Assembly (NCBI GenBank): GCA_964016885.1
Contig: OZ024740.1
Location: 302,622,001 to 302,686,000 of the forward strand
Direction of reading: 5' to 3'
DNA length: 64,000 nucleotides
Source: Eledone cirrhosa
Taxonomy: Eukaryota
Position 1 is the stretch's first letter. Every line of letters begins with the position of its first letter. Shown here in pieces: positions 1 through 12,367 of the stretch. A program made the position numbers and the translations under genes. Below the pieces are notes generated by a model. It was given only the letters and a program-made list of their open reading frames with translations, had not been told where the DNA came from and searched no databases.

Positions 1-59
1 CTCTTTGGATTTTAGTCTTCAAATTTATTATTATTACTATATATATATATATATATATA

Positions 60-245
60 GGAAAATGTTGAACGCCGATGGCAGAGCTCAAGCCTTTTCG
101 ATGGCTATTTCTGGAATAGCCGTCGAAACGGCTTGAGGTCTGTCGTCGGGGTTGAACATTTTCTTATTACCCACTCTACTATCCTAAGTATTGAGTACTC
201 TGGTGCGTTATAGTCCATCTGGTTCCTTACCACACTTCCTTCGTT
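60..245 (-). mobile_element. Short (TA)n-embedded hairpin element, full-length copy (unclassified non-autonomous family)
   Basis: Flanked by (TA)n. Imperfect ~52-bp-arm hairpin at ~58-166, followed by the conserved end ...CCTTACCACACTTCCTTCGTT. Homologous copies occur across the window. Confidence 0.75.
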
Positions 246-248
246 ATA

Positions 249-328
<80 letters not shown>

Positions 329-542
329 CTATTATATATATATATATACATATACATACTATTATATATATATATATATATACATTATATATATATATAT
401 AATTTTGAAAATTTGGACTGTGAACAACAATTATAATTGAGTGGCTGCTATTTGCAGTATAGCAATATAAGGTTGCACTTACCAATGAAACGGTCGTAAA
501 TACCTGGATTAAATCCTTCTCTTAATGCTTACCTGTGTTTTC

Positions 543-574
<32 letters not shown>

Positions 575-579
<5 letters not shown>

Positions 580-717
580 GTGGTAAGGAACCTGGTGGAC
601 CATAAGGCACCAGAGTACTCGATACTTAGGATAGTAGAGTGAGCTCCGACCATTTTGACCACTTGATCCGAACTAAACCAGTAGTATATACTCAGCTGTC
701 GGGGTCCAGTCTCTTTG
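575..717 (+). mobile_element. Same hairpin-element family, rearranged copy
   Basis: Shares GTGTGGTAAGGAACC..GGACCATAA.GCACCAGAGTACTC.ATACTTAGGATAGTAGAGTG and the end CTCAGC.GTCGGGGTCC; TA flanks. Confidence 0.7.
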
Positions 718-726
718 TATATATGT

Positions 727-791
<65 letters not shown>

Positions 792-1097
792 TGTGTGTCT
801 GTGTGTGTCTGTGTGTGTATGTGTGTGTCTGTGTGTGTCTGTGTGTGTCTGTGGGTGTCTGTGGGTGTCTGTGTTTATTTATAAATGTATTAATGCACAT
901 ATATATAATATGTCTCGGTTATCAGGTTCTTGTGTTTTTTTAAGACTAGCTAGTCATCTAGAATGACTAACTAACATTGGTTTAACTCGATCACCAGTCA
1001 ACCTACATATATTATAAATACAACTCTACCTCATGTCTTGAGTCACAGCATCAGTAAAAAATTGTCATTAATGTATCTATAAAACTCCAAACTAATG

Positions 1098-1145
<48 letters not shown>

Positions 1146-1265
1146 CGTGCGTGTGTGTGTGTGTGTGTGTGTATCGGTGTGCGTGTGTGCGTGTGTGTGT
1201 GTTTGTGTGTGTTTTAGATTGGAGTTTTATGGATGCAGCAATAACAAGCTTTTACTGATGGAGTC

Positions 1266-1331
<66 letters not shown>

Positions 1332-1471
1332 TTATATTTATATATATATATATATGTGTGTCTGTGTGTGTTTGTGTTTTGGGGCGTGTGTGTCTACAAG
1401 GAAATTCATACATATCCATGTATAATTAATTTGAAACCATACACCTGCATACCTATGCAATTATATATGCG

Positions 1472-1518
<47 letters not shown>

Positions 1519-2099
1519 ATGGGTGTGTGTGTGTGTGTGTGTGCGTGTGTGTGTTTGTATGGGTGTGCACGCGCGTGACTGAAGTTATGTGTATTGTGTC
1601 AGTTTGTGTGGGAAAGAGCGAGTGTTAACTTAGTCATTATTGAATAAACTATTAGAATTCTTAAGGTGCCAATATTTTTACTGCTCGTTCATTATTCGTT
1701 TTGGGGAAATTATTCCACACAATATTTTTGTCGCCTTCAATTGTTTCATCTTCCAAATGTTGAGCACCATTGTATTTTTTATTCTTCTCTTTATTCGGTT
1801 TATTCTTTTGTTCCTTTATTCGTTTTATTCGTTTGTTCGTTTTTATTGCTTCATATCAAGGAAGCATGGACGGATAAAGAAAGCAAAAATAAAAGAATAT
1901 AGGCTCAGACACAATAGGTTTCGGCAAGGAAATTAAATGTCTCAAATAGAGTGAAAAGAGCGTTTCCCTCATCGGAATTCCACATATTTCTCAAAAGCTA
2001 TTCACATCACGTAGATTGAGTGTTCATATATCTTTATGGCATAAAGGGTAATTTTTTGGCTTTCTTCTCTTTTCTAAACACATGCATACACACACACAA

Positions 2100-2255
<156 letters not shown>

Positions 2256-2829
2256 CAAGAGATGAGAGAGAGGCACAGAGAGAGTGAGAGAGAAAAGAGA
2301 GGTGAAACATGCGTGAGAAAAAGATAGAGAGAGGCAGAGACGCAGAGCCAGCGAGATAGGATAAGAAAAAAAAAAAGAAATAGGACAATAAAGAAAATGA
2401 TTTAGACGGGCATAAAGTGAAAGTGTGACAGGCTTTAGCACTCCTTAGAGTAGAAACTTTTCCGTCGGAACCTTGGCGTCTTCACAGCATATCATAGGCA
2501 GCGTTGTTAAGAAAGCTATGAGGGTGGCAGGTTGGGTTAAACGTTTTATGCGTCGAAGTTGTTGCTTTGTATAGGGATAATGAATTCTGCCGACGAACAG
2601 CTTTTTAGTATTGGACACAACTTGGCATCGTGCAATATTCTGTTGTAGACAATCATTAAAATCCAACAGTTTGCCAGTAATATTTTCTTTCATTGTTCTT
2701 TTTTTATTTTGTTTTGTAATGGGGTTTTGTATATGTCTGTGTGTGTGGTAATATTTCAGCCTTTGTTTTGTTTGAAATATTATGAAATATTATTCAATAT
2801 TATTGAACATTTTCAGAAAATCTCCCTTT

Positions 2830-3520
2830 AAGTTCTGAGTTCAAACCCAGCCAGATTTGGCTTCGAATATTTCAAACAAATTAGTACTTAATACGATGTA
2901 TATGCCCCTTCTCAATAATGTGTTAGATACTAACATTATTAACATTTTGCCTTTCATTCTTACGGGGTCGATAAAATAAAGTACCAGTAATACACTGGGA
3001 TAATTGCTGGTCTTGTGCCAAAAGTAGAAACGATTATTATGTCAGGGGAAGGGCGATTGATTAGCAGTATCGGTAGAGGATCGGACACCATGCTTTATAG
3101 CATAGAGTTACGGCCCTTTATGATCTGAGTTCAAATCCCGCCGAGGTTAACTTTGCCTTTCATCCTCACGGGGTCGATAAAATAAAGTACCATTCCCGCA
3201 CTGGGGTCGATTTAATCGACTTCCCCCTCGTCCAAAATTACTGGCCTTGTGCCTATATAAGAAACCATTATTATGTCAGGGGAAAAGGCGGTGGATTGGC
3301 AGTATCGGTAGAGCGTCGGGCAACATGCTTTGCGGCATATAATTGCGTCCCTTTACGATCTAAGTTCAAATCCTTTCAACTTCTTGGTAATAGATTTTGC
3401 TCAGACGACGAATTCGTGGAATCGTACCGGATCTTTGAGCTCTACGTTTAAATCATCTTTAATTTTACCTTTCATCCTTTTGGGACCGATAAACGAATCA
3501 CTAGTCTAGTTCCGGGGGAC
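2830..3520 (+). mobile_element. Cluster of tRNA-derived SINEs (octopus/cephalopod-type); full copy at 3051-3266
   Basis: A-box-like TGGCAGTATCGG, B-box GAGTTCAAATCC, body CTTTGCCTTTCATCC..GGGGTCGATAAAATAAAGTACCA and tail CTGGCCTTGTGCC..AGAAAC(ATT)n. An 18-bp direct repeat ATTATTATGTCAGGGGAA (3033-3050 and 3267-3284) flanks the full copy. Confidence 0.85.
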
Positions 3521-4136
3521 GTTTTGTCTCATTCTCTCTGCATTGAACCAGTAATTCAAACGTAAATCATTGTTACAGAACGTCATGTCGGTTTCGGCTA
3601 AGAATTCCATTAAAGGTGCATGTGTCTATATGATAATTAGTCGTTTATACATGTAATTGACGAGTGGAAAATCACTTGATAGAGCAAGTGAAATTTCGTC
3701 GAGATTGATGGAAAATCCAACAATTACATCTGTTAATTCCTTTCATTTAACTAAAATTACTTCTCGTAGTGTGAGAAAACATAAATGTGCTGTTTGTATC
3801 TGGAATATAACTAAATGATAGGTGTCAACCATTACAGCAAATGGAATGTTGTTTATACATTATTAAGTTCAGAGTTAGTGACATTCGTTGTGTGACTCAC
3901 GAAGCTTTACTATAGGATCATTTTTCTAACACATTTGTCTATAAAAACATAAAGTAGTAATGCGTTAGGAGGTGTCTGTAAAATAACAAGACAAATTTCA
4001 CAGTGTCATATATCTGTATAGGGCTGTGATCAATCATGTTTACAATACAAACAGGTAGTCATCAACCACAATTCCACATCCCTGCTGCGCATATATGTCT
4101 ATGCGTGTTTTTTCCTTCTAATGTGTATGTGTGTGA

Positions 4137-4197
<61 letters not shown>

Positions 4198-6294
4198 ACT
4201 GTGTATTTGTATGCGCACGTGTGTTTGTGAATGAATCGAATGTAATATAGAGAAAATGCGAGGAATATTTGGAATATAAATAGACAAGTGTTTATACTCT
4301 TATTGCTAAATAAGTCCTCATCCAACTGACCAATGAACAAAGGCGCTCCATCCGTGATGAAGACCTCTGTGTAAAAGACTTAATGTATTTATGACTAAGC
4401 TATGTTATGTTTTCCCTTTTTTTTCATATAAGGTGCGGATTGAAGATGATATAAATGATAGAGTGCAGAGGGAGTGACCAAGTAAAATGCCTCCCCACTT
4501 GTTATTTCCAAAGTAATCTCTTTGCTTAGCATATATAGCATTACCATAGTCATACTGTATTCCACTATATACAGAGTCACAGAGATTGTTGTCTACTGTT
4601 GAGATGACAGAGATCTCCGCAACATAAGTGTATGTTCTCATGGTTTTCTTTTAACAGAATAGTTGAAAGTATTTACGCTTCTAGAATAATTTAAATACTG
4701 TAGTTATAACTAAATTAATGTCACGTTCTAGCATAAATATTTAATATTTATTGTATATTTGTAAATAAATATAAATACAGTCAACAAGGAAGTGGAATCT
4801 TGAAACTCGTAGTTTCAATATGGACCTCTTAATGACACAGCATGCCTGGTGAAAATAAATTGATATTTTCATTTATATTATCATTTCTATAATCATTGAT
4901 ATTGAAAGTTGTGGAGGAAGTGTTAATATTTCTAGGCTAACTTAAATTATTAAATTATAATATTTCTAGGCTAACTTAACATTGATATGTTTCGGCGTTT
5001 ATTGGCCCAGGACATATATTTCTTAATAACACCACCTGGCGAAGACATTCAAATCAGGATTTGGACACCATGACCCCACTTTTTTTTATTTTCTAATATA
5101 TGTCTTTTTTTTTTTTACTTGTTTTATTCTTTGTCTTTACCTGTCATTTTAATCAACCGAATTATTACTGTGCAGCTATCAATATTTTAATTGCACGATC
5201 TAATAATAATATACAATTTCGCCAGGGCATATAGGCGAATAATTGAGCTTTATGTGATTCATCTTGAGTTTGTTTTCTTGTTTTGTTTTTCTGTTATTGT
5301 TTATATTAAGATTGTATTTCTGCTACTTATCTTCGATATATAAACTTCTTTCCTACATCCCTAATCAATTGTTCTGAAATAGCAATTGCCTCAAGATCAA
5401 ACGTAAATCCTTTTTTTTTTTAGTGGTGGGGGGGGGGGGGGGGAAGGGGTCGTTTCGTGCGAATTTTTTTTTTTTTTAAATTGTCTAAACACATAAAAAG
5501 AGAGGAAATAATTTTATTAATGGTAGAAGAAATAAAATAAAAAGGTAAAATCAAATAAATATTTAAATCAAGCAAAATACGATGGTTTTTGTTATGACTT
5601 CAGAAAGCATTTGTAATAGCTGATCTACTAAATTTAATATCAACAGGAATTTACAGCAACAGCAATCGTGTGAATGATTCACTGCTTCTATAAACTATAT
5701 ATATATATCTTCTCTTTTTTTAATATTGCTTAAAAATTTGACATATTCAGTTAGATTTTGAAAGTAATTCAAGAATATAACGCACTAACGTATAGCCACA
5801 GCAAAGAGTTAGTTGTTGTTTATCATTTAAAAAATAGACAGAATTGGGTGACTACATGGTATCTGATATATCTATACATCTATACATACATACACACACA
5901 CACATACACACAGACACAGACACACACATACACACACACATACACACACACACACACACATACACACATATATATAAATTTGTATGTGTGGGTATATACA
6001 GTGGCGGAATAGGTCTAAAAATATTGGTTACCAGGAGCTGAAGGTGGCCCACCTATATATAGAATGCTATCATTTAATTTTTATAATGAATAAATAACAT
6101 TTTCAAAAAATACATAAGTGGAAACAAAACAGTGCAATCAAACTTTTGCGGAAAAATATCTCACCTTCTCCAATAAAAAATAATATGTATTTTCAAAATC
6201 CAGAGACTTTCAATAATGACCTTTCACACTCACTCAATATGTCTACAAATGTACGGTTGAAACACCCACGTCCCGTAGGGCCTATATAGGGTTA

Positions 6295-6621
6295 ACCGCC
6301 AATAGATTCAAGCAGCGTCTTTACATGTATACCCATTCTTTTTGTTACCCATTAAGAAGGAATATGACGTCACTTTCAGCTTATATCTGGAGTCTAAAAG
6401 ACAACCACACCCAATATAAGTTACACTGGGAGATCGTAGCTAATGCTAGATCGTATAACGAAAATAAAAGACCATGTGACCTCTGCGCCGCTGAAGCCCT
6501 GGAAATACTCTACGCCAAAGACCACATCTTAAACCAAAAATCTGAGGCAATTTCGGCTTTTAAACATAAATTGCACAAAACTTTCCTGTATTACAGCCCC
6601 ACATTATACGCTAACGGATAA
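6295..6621 (+). pseudogene. 3' fragment of a Naiad-type PLE (GIY-YIG C-terminus)
   Basis: RFKQRLY..HSF..TSLSAYIWSLKD..Y.LHWEIV..SY..PCDLC..E...ILNQKSE aligns by eye with the C-termini of the PLEs at 42-46 kb; followed by a GT-rich tail. Confidence 0.75.
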
Positions 6622-7249
6622 TACGAACTATACGCGGATATTTTACGTCTTGATGTGGTAGCTAAGTATATGTTATGTTTATACCATTACTTATTTGTAT
6701 TGGTAAGTATATATTACCTGTATGTTTTGTGAAGGTACGTATACTTTCTCGTACGTATATTTGCTTGTATATGTTATTGGCGTATATATTATATATACTG
6801 GTACATGTGCATCTGGTTATGTGTATACGTGAGTTTTGCGTCTGTGTGAGTATGCGGTTTCGTACGTATGGAAGGTGTGTGTATATGTGTACTTTGTGTT
6901 TTGGTTGACGTAGTTTAGCGAACATATGTGTATTTACATGTAGGTATGTGTGTGCGCGTGTTATATACGTATTTACATGTGTATATTATATACATTTATA
7001 GAATGATATATATACACGCACACACACACACACATTTATATTTTTTTTTTATATATATTTTTATGTGTATTTGCTGTATACGTTCGTATGTGCACGGGTA
7101 CATGCGTTGCGTGGTTTCTGTATGTGCATGCATGTTTTTTTGTGTACGTGCTTGTATTTCCATACCCATAGCGGATGTTTTCGCGTATGCATGTATATGT
7201 ACATATATGGATGCGTGCATGTATATATTTAATTTTTGTTGATTTCAGT

Positions 7250-7605
7250 TACCTCTGTAATTTATTTACATTATTCTTAACTCTGAAGTCGAGAATCATT
7301 CGGTTTCCTAAATAGAATGTTAGTCTAAATGTTAGTCTACCACTTCAATTATACCATAAACGTGGTTTTGTCTTTGCGTGTAATTGTTTTCACCGCACCA
7401 AATAATGACGTAATATCTTCGTTTTTTCCCGTTCTTTGCCAGGGAACGTTTCCACGAACCAAAGTATCGTCTTCCTGTCTTCCTTCGGTTGCAACGTTTT
7501 TCGAATTATTTACTTCTGCGTGCACAGATTGATTTGTTTAGTTTCAGAATATCCCGTTAAGGGTGAAAACAGCGATTCTTTGCTTAAACTTTAATCTGTT
7601 ATTTG
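7250..7605. repeat. Interspersed repeat (probable DNA-transposon end); second copy at 18105-18445
   Basis: Clear similarity to 18105-18445. Ends in CTTTGCTTAAACTTTAATCTGTTAT, the same motif that forms the mini inverted repeat at 31960-32017. Confidence 0.65.
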
Positions 7606-7644
7606 AATAAATATATATATATATATATATATATATGGGTGCGT

Positions 7645-7737
<93 letters not shown>

Positions 7738-7869
7738 GGAGTGCGTATATATGTGCGCATGTACTTGTGTATATATAGATTTATATATATGTATACATAA
7801 CATGTTTTCAACTTGTACAAAGATCCCTAGGGATCTAATTGACATTGTATATATATATATATAAACTCA

Positions 7870-8376
7870 CTTATTACAGCTTTTAAGCGCGGCCGCAACC
7901 TCCGGGACCTCCTGGTACGCAGTTTCTTCTCGTCCTTTCCCACGACTCCATCTGGGCTCTCATCCTTGTTCCCGTTACTGCTGCAACACTTGTCCCTTCA
8001 TTTCCACCCTCACCACTCATACAGTCCGTAACAGGTCTTTCCGTATCCGCCACTCTTTCAGCTGCACATCCACCCACGTTGTCTATGCCCTCCGCTGTTC
8101 CCGTGTGGGTCTTTATGCATCGGACAAACTGGACGCCGTATGGCGGACCGTTTTGCTGAGCATATGAGGAACATACTACTCGGTTTGGATATTCCTGTCG
8201 CCCGTCATTTCTGTTCTCCTGGTCATTCTTGCCTACATGTTTCAGTCCTGGGTGTCCTTTTACATCATGGATCACAGGCCTCGCGCACCAGGACTGAACA
8301 AAGTCTGATTCACCGCCTTGGGTCCTATTCCCAACTTGGACTCACCTCACCCCTAGATTCCTATCTTTATCATTAA
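7870..8376 (+). pseudogene. 3' fragment of a Neptune/Penelope-type PLE (GIY-YIG endonuclease)
   Basis: Frameshifted VVYALRC..IGQTGRRMADRFAEH..PVARHF..GH..EQSLIHRLG motifs. Confidence 0.8.
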
Positions 8377-8569
8377 AATCTTCTCTTACAACTAATACAG
8401 ATCGACTATATATGCTCACTCAACCTTTCCTTTCAGTCCTCTGTATACATACATACACACCCTTATATTAACCTTTTTAACTTTTGCTCATAACTTCGTA
8501 CTTACATGCACACATGCTCTTTTACTCACATATACACACACATTTCTTCTTAACTTCGTACGGACGTAT

Positions 8570-8627
<58 letters not shown>

Positions 8628-9077
8628 GCGCTCCATCGCGCTCCATCATCCACTTTTCTAAAAAATAAATCATACAAAAAACGCCAGCACCAATAGTTTT
8701 GCAAGAGATGTCAACATGAATGGAACTGTTATTTTTTTCTAAAGATATTTTTTCCAATTCCAACCCGCTACTGTGCGTCTGTGTGTATATATGTATGTTT
8801 GAATGCATGAATGAATACACTAAGCTTTAGATTTAGTATAATATACAACCACTGATTCCAGCTATTTGCACTATCAGATATTTGGGAAATTGGTTAACCA
8901 AAGGCTTTGCTTAATTGTTTTATTATTTTTATTTTTTATTTATACTTAGACAAGGTATTTTTGAAAGCAAAGCATTGGCCCCTAACATACCACAGTGGGC
9001 CCTACAATCCTACTGTGGGCACCTGCAATGCTACACCTGCATCCTGACCAGTCCACCCCTGTGTATATATATATATA

Positions 9078-9215
9078 ACAAAGAGGGTATGGTAAGATGC
9101 CAGTTGGACCATAACGCACCAGAGTACTGAATACTTATGGTAGTAGAGTGGGTAAAAGGAAAAGTGTCAGGATCCCAACTCCCGGAGCTCAGCCATCGGG
9201 GTCCTGACTCTTTCC
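9078..9215 (+). mobile_element. Hairpin-element family, internally deleted copy
   Basis: Both family ends are retained (TAAC.AAG..GGTAAG and GGGGTCCTGACTCTTTCC) between TA tracts. Confidence 0.7.
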
Positions 9216-9411
9216 ATATATATATATAAGAAAATACGGTTCTTTTAATAAAAACAAACAAAAGGAAAAGAAAAAGCTAGATGTCCTACACAGGTAAACG
9301 TATAAGGAAAAGAAATCGAAAATGCAACTGTCGTTTTAAGAATATTTATTTGTTTCCGTTACCAGTTTCACAGTTCTTATGCTTTTTAAAAGTAAAATTG
9401 TGGGTTGTCTC

Positions 9412-9455
<44 letters not shown>

Positions 9456-9574
9456 TTTGCAAGGTTTTTTGGTATGAGATGGTGTGTTCAAACAAATATT
9501 GTTATATATTATATCCCTATATATCTAACGGGTAACAATGTTTATAATTGATTGACCAATGGTTAAAAATGTAG

Positions 9575-9632
<58 letters not shown>

Positions 9633-10360
9633 ATAAACATAAGATAATTATTTCATTTACCAGTGGTTTCTTGAAAGCAGAAATATGTTTTCAGTCGTCA
9701 GAATGAATAAAACATGGTGTTTTTATTAAATATGGATTTGAAAACAAAATATAAGAAATGTGAAAGTGAAGCTGAGGAAGCAACGGACGAAGAAGAAGAA
9801 GGGAAAAAAGAATATATATATATATATATATATTCTTCTTTGAGCTAATACTATTATTATTATTACAGTGAACTGCGGAATACTCTTAATTCCGATCTTT
9901 GTATACTTAACGAGCTCCAAATTGTTGAGCTAATAAATTCAAATGGTTGGGTTGCCCTCTCTAGCATTTTCCCTAATCCATGAGAGCCGTTATTTGATGC
10001 AAATAACACGTGATTTCGCCCTACTCTGGGCAGCGTGTATATTAGCTTTCTGTCTATCCATGAGGTTAGATGTGTCGTGAACAGTGTCCACATTTACTGA
10101 CTGAGGATCCTGTGACCTGTTACACTGCATATGTTGGTGGTGAAACGAAGCGAGATTCGTATCAGCAAACTTATAGTTATAAGGTTGGTAATTTAAAACT
10201 CTAATTCAGAGATTTGATTCTGACTTAGTTTTTTTCTATTTAATTACTAAGCCTGTAGATATTGTTCTCTAACAGTAACGGTAAAACTCACTTGTAATAA
10301 TTCTTTACACACATCTCACTGTGTAACACACTTCTCTTTGTGTAATATATTTGTATATAT

Positions 10361-10393
<33 letters not shown>

Positions 10394-10499
10394 TCTTTTT
10401 TCCCCTTCTTCTTCTTCGCCCGTTGCTTCCTCAGCCTCACTTTCATATTTCTTACATTTTGTTTACATTTACACACATACACATATATATATATATATA

Positions 10500-11355
10500 C
10501 TAGCTGTGGTACCCGGCGTTGCACGGGATAGGTATTTTGGAACGCGGGCCACCAACAGACCTAATCGTGGAAAAACTGCATGCGTGGAAAATATGTAAGT
10601 AAAATAAACCGAATACTCTGATGGCTGGATAATCTTTAAGATTTTCCTCGATGAAGCAGGAAAAGTGCAGATTTTCACCTAATGCGGGCCCTAGGGGATC
10701 AAGAAAAGGAATCTTTTTTATGTGCATAATATGCCTTTGAAGTTTTTCACCTAATGCCATAAAAAGTTGGATTTTCTTTGCTCACGGTATGAAGAAGAGA
10801 GTGACTAATACATAGTTACAATTTCAAGGAAATCAGTCTGACGTAATGACTCAAAAAAACCCTAAAATCCTGAAAAAACACCGTTTTTCAGCTAATGCGG
10901 GCCCTAGGGGATGAAAAAATTGAATTTTTTATGTGCATAACACTCCCTGTACCAGAAGTAATACACATGTCGAGTTTGATAAAAGTCGGTTGGGTACTTC
11001 TCGAGTTTTAGGGATTCAAACTCACAGACACACACACACACACACACATACATCCTCAGAGAAGTGACGTAATGCAGACAGTCAGACATACAGACAGATA
11101 TTATAAGGGCGCGACGTTATATGTATGTATCTATCTAAAAAGAGAAAGACTAAGAATTATAGAGAGAGATCGCTAAATCGCCTAATGCGGTCCCTAGGGC
11201 ATTGAAACTTTAAAATTCTTTTTGCTCAGAACACTCCCTGAAACATAAGTATTACATGTGTAAAGTTTGAAAACAGTCGGTTAGGTGGTTCTCGAGTTTT
11301 AGGGATTCAAACTCACACACACACAGACAGACACCCTCAGTTTTATACATATAGA
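10500..11355 (-). mobile_element. Non-autonomous Helitron
   Basis: The minus strand starts A|TCTATATGTATAAAA and ends with the hairpin CCCGTGCAACGCCGGG, then CTAG|T. Internal sub-repeat CTAATGCGG.CCCTAGGG occurs three times (~10680, 10893, 11182). Confidence 0.8.
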
Positions 11356-11604
11356 TGTGTAGCTACAAAAAAGCAAAAACTAATTTTTTATGTAAAAAAT
11401 ATTTCCGTTGTAGACATGATATAACAGCGTTGTTGAGCAAAACGCTTTCCTATTGTTCCAGTACACTTAGCTGAGCTAAGTACCACTTACATTTGAAGAG
11501 ATTATCCTAAAATAGACTATTATAATAATAAGGAGCAGGAATAAAGTGTCACTTCATGATGTTATATTGACGCTTTGTGACTGTTCTTTATTATCATTAT
11601 TATA

Positions 11605-12345
11605 GCTTTGCCTTTCATCCTTACAGGGTTGATAAAATGAAGTACCAGTAATACACTGGGATAATTGCTGGTCTTGTGCCAAAAGTAGAAACAATTATTA
11701 TTTGGATTGGTAGTATCGGTAGAGAGTCGGACGCCATGCTTTGTAGCATAGAGTTACGCCCCTTTATGATCTGAGTTCAAATCCCGCCGAGGTTAACTTA
11801 GCCTTTCATCCTTACGGGATCGATAAAATAAAGTACCAGTAATGCAATGGGTGATTGCTGGCCTTGTGCCAAAAGTAGAAACAATTATTATTATATGGTC
11901 TTAGTTCAAATCTCGCCGAGGTTAACTTTGCCTTTCATCCTTACGGGGTCGATAAAATAAAGTACCAGTAATACACTGGAATAATTGCTGGCCTTGTGCC
12001 AAAAAGTAGAAACAATTATTATTAATTTTTTTTTTATTAATATAATTTTGCTTTTGATTTCAAAACGCAGAAATGCCCATTAGTACCAATCTGTCCTGTC
12101 CTTTTAATGTTATACTTGATGTCAACCGTTGTGGTTAATAAAAGGGTGGTGGATTGGCAGTATCGGTAGAGGGTCGGACGCCATGCTTTGCAGCAAATAC
12201 TTAAGGCCCTTTATGGTCTGAGTTCAAATCCCGCCGAGGTTAACTTTGCATTTCGTCCTTACGGGGCCGATAAAATAAAATACCAGTAATACACTGATAT
12301 AATTGCTGGCCTTGTACCAAAAGTAGAAACAATTATTATTATTAT
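11605..12345 (+). mobile_element. Head-to-tail cluster of tRNA-derived SINEs and 5'-truncated SINEs
   Basis: Repeated B-box GAGTTCAAATCCCGCCGAGG and four tails CTGG.CTTGT.CCAAAAGTAGAAACAATTATT. Confidence 0.85.
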
Positions 12346-12367
12346 TATTATTATTATTGTTATTATT

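Noticed and set aside
2452-2492. Hammerhead-like motif on the minus strand (GTGAAGA..GAAAAGTTTC)
   Set aside because: The core C is missing and stem I is not convincing.
3051-3145. tRNA genes suggested by A/B boxes
   Set aside because: No cloverleaf, and the boxes are followed by SINE body and tail; these are SINE heads.
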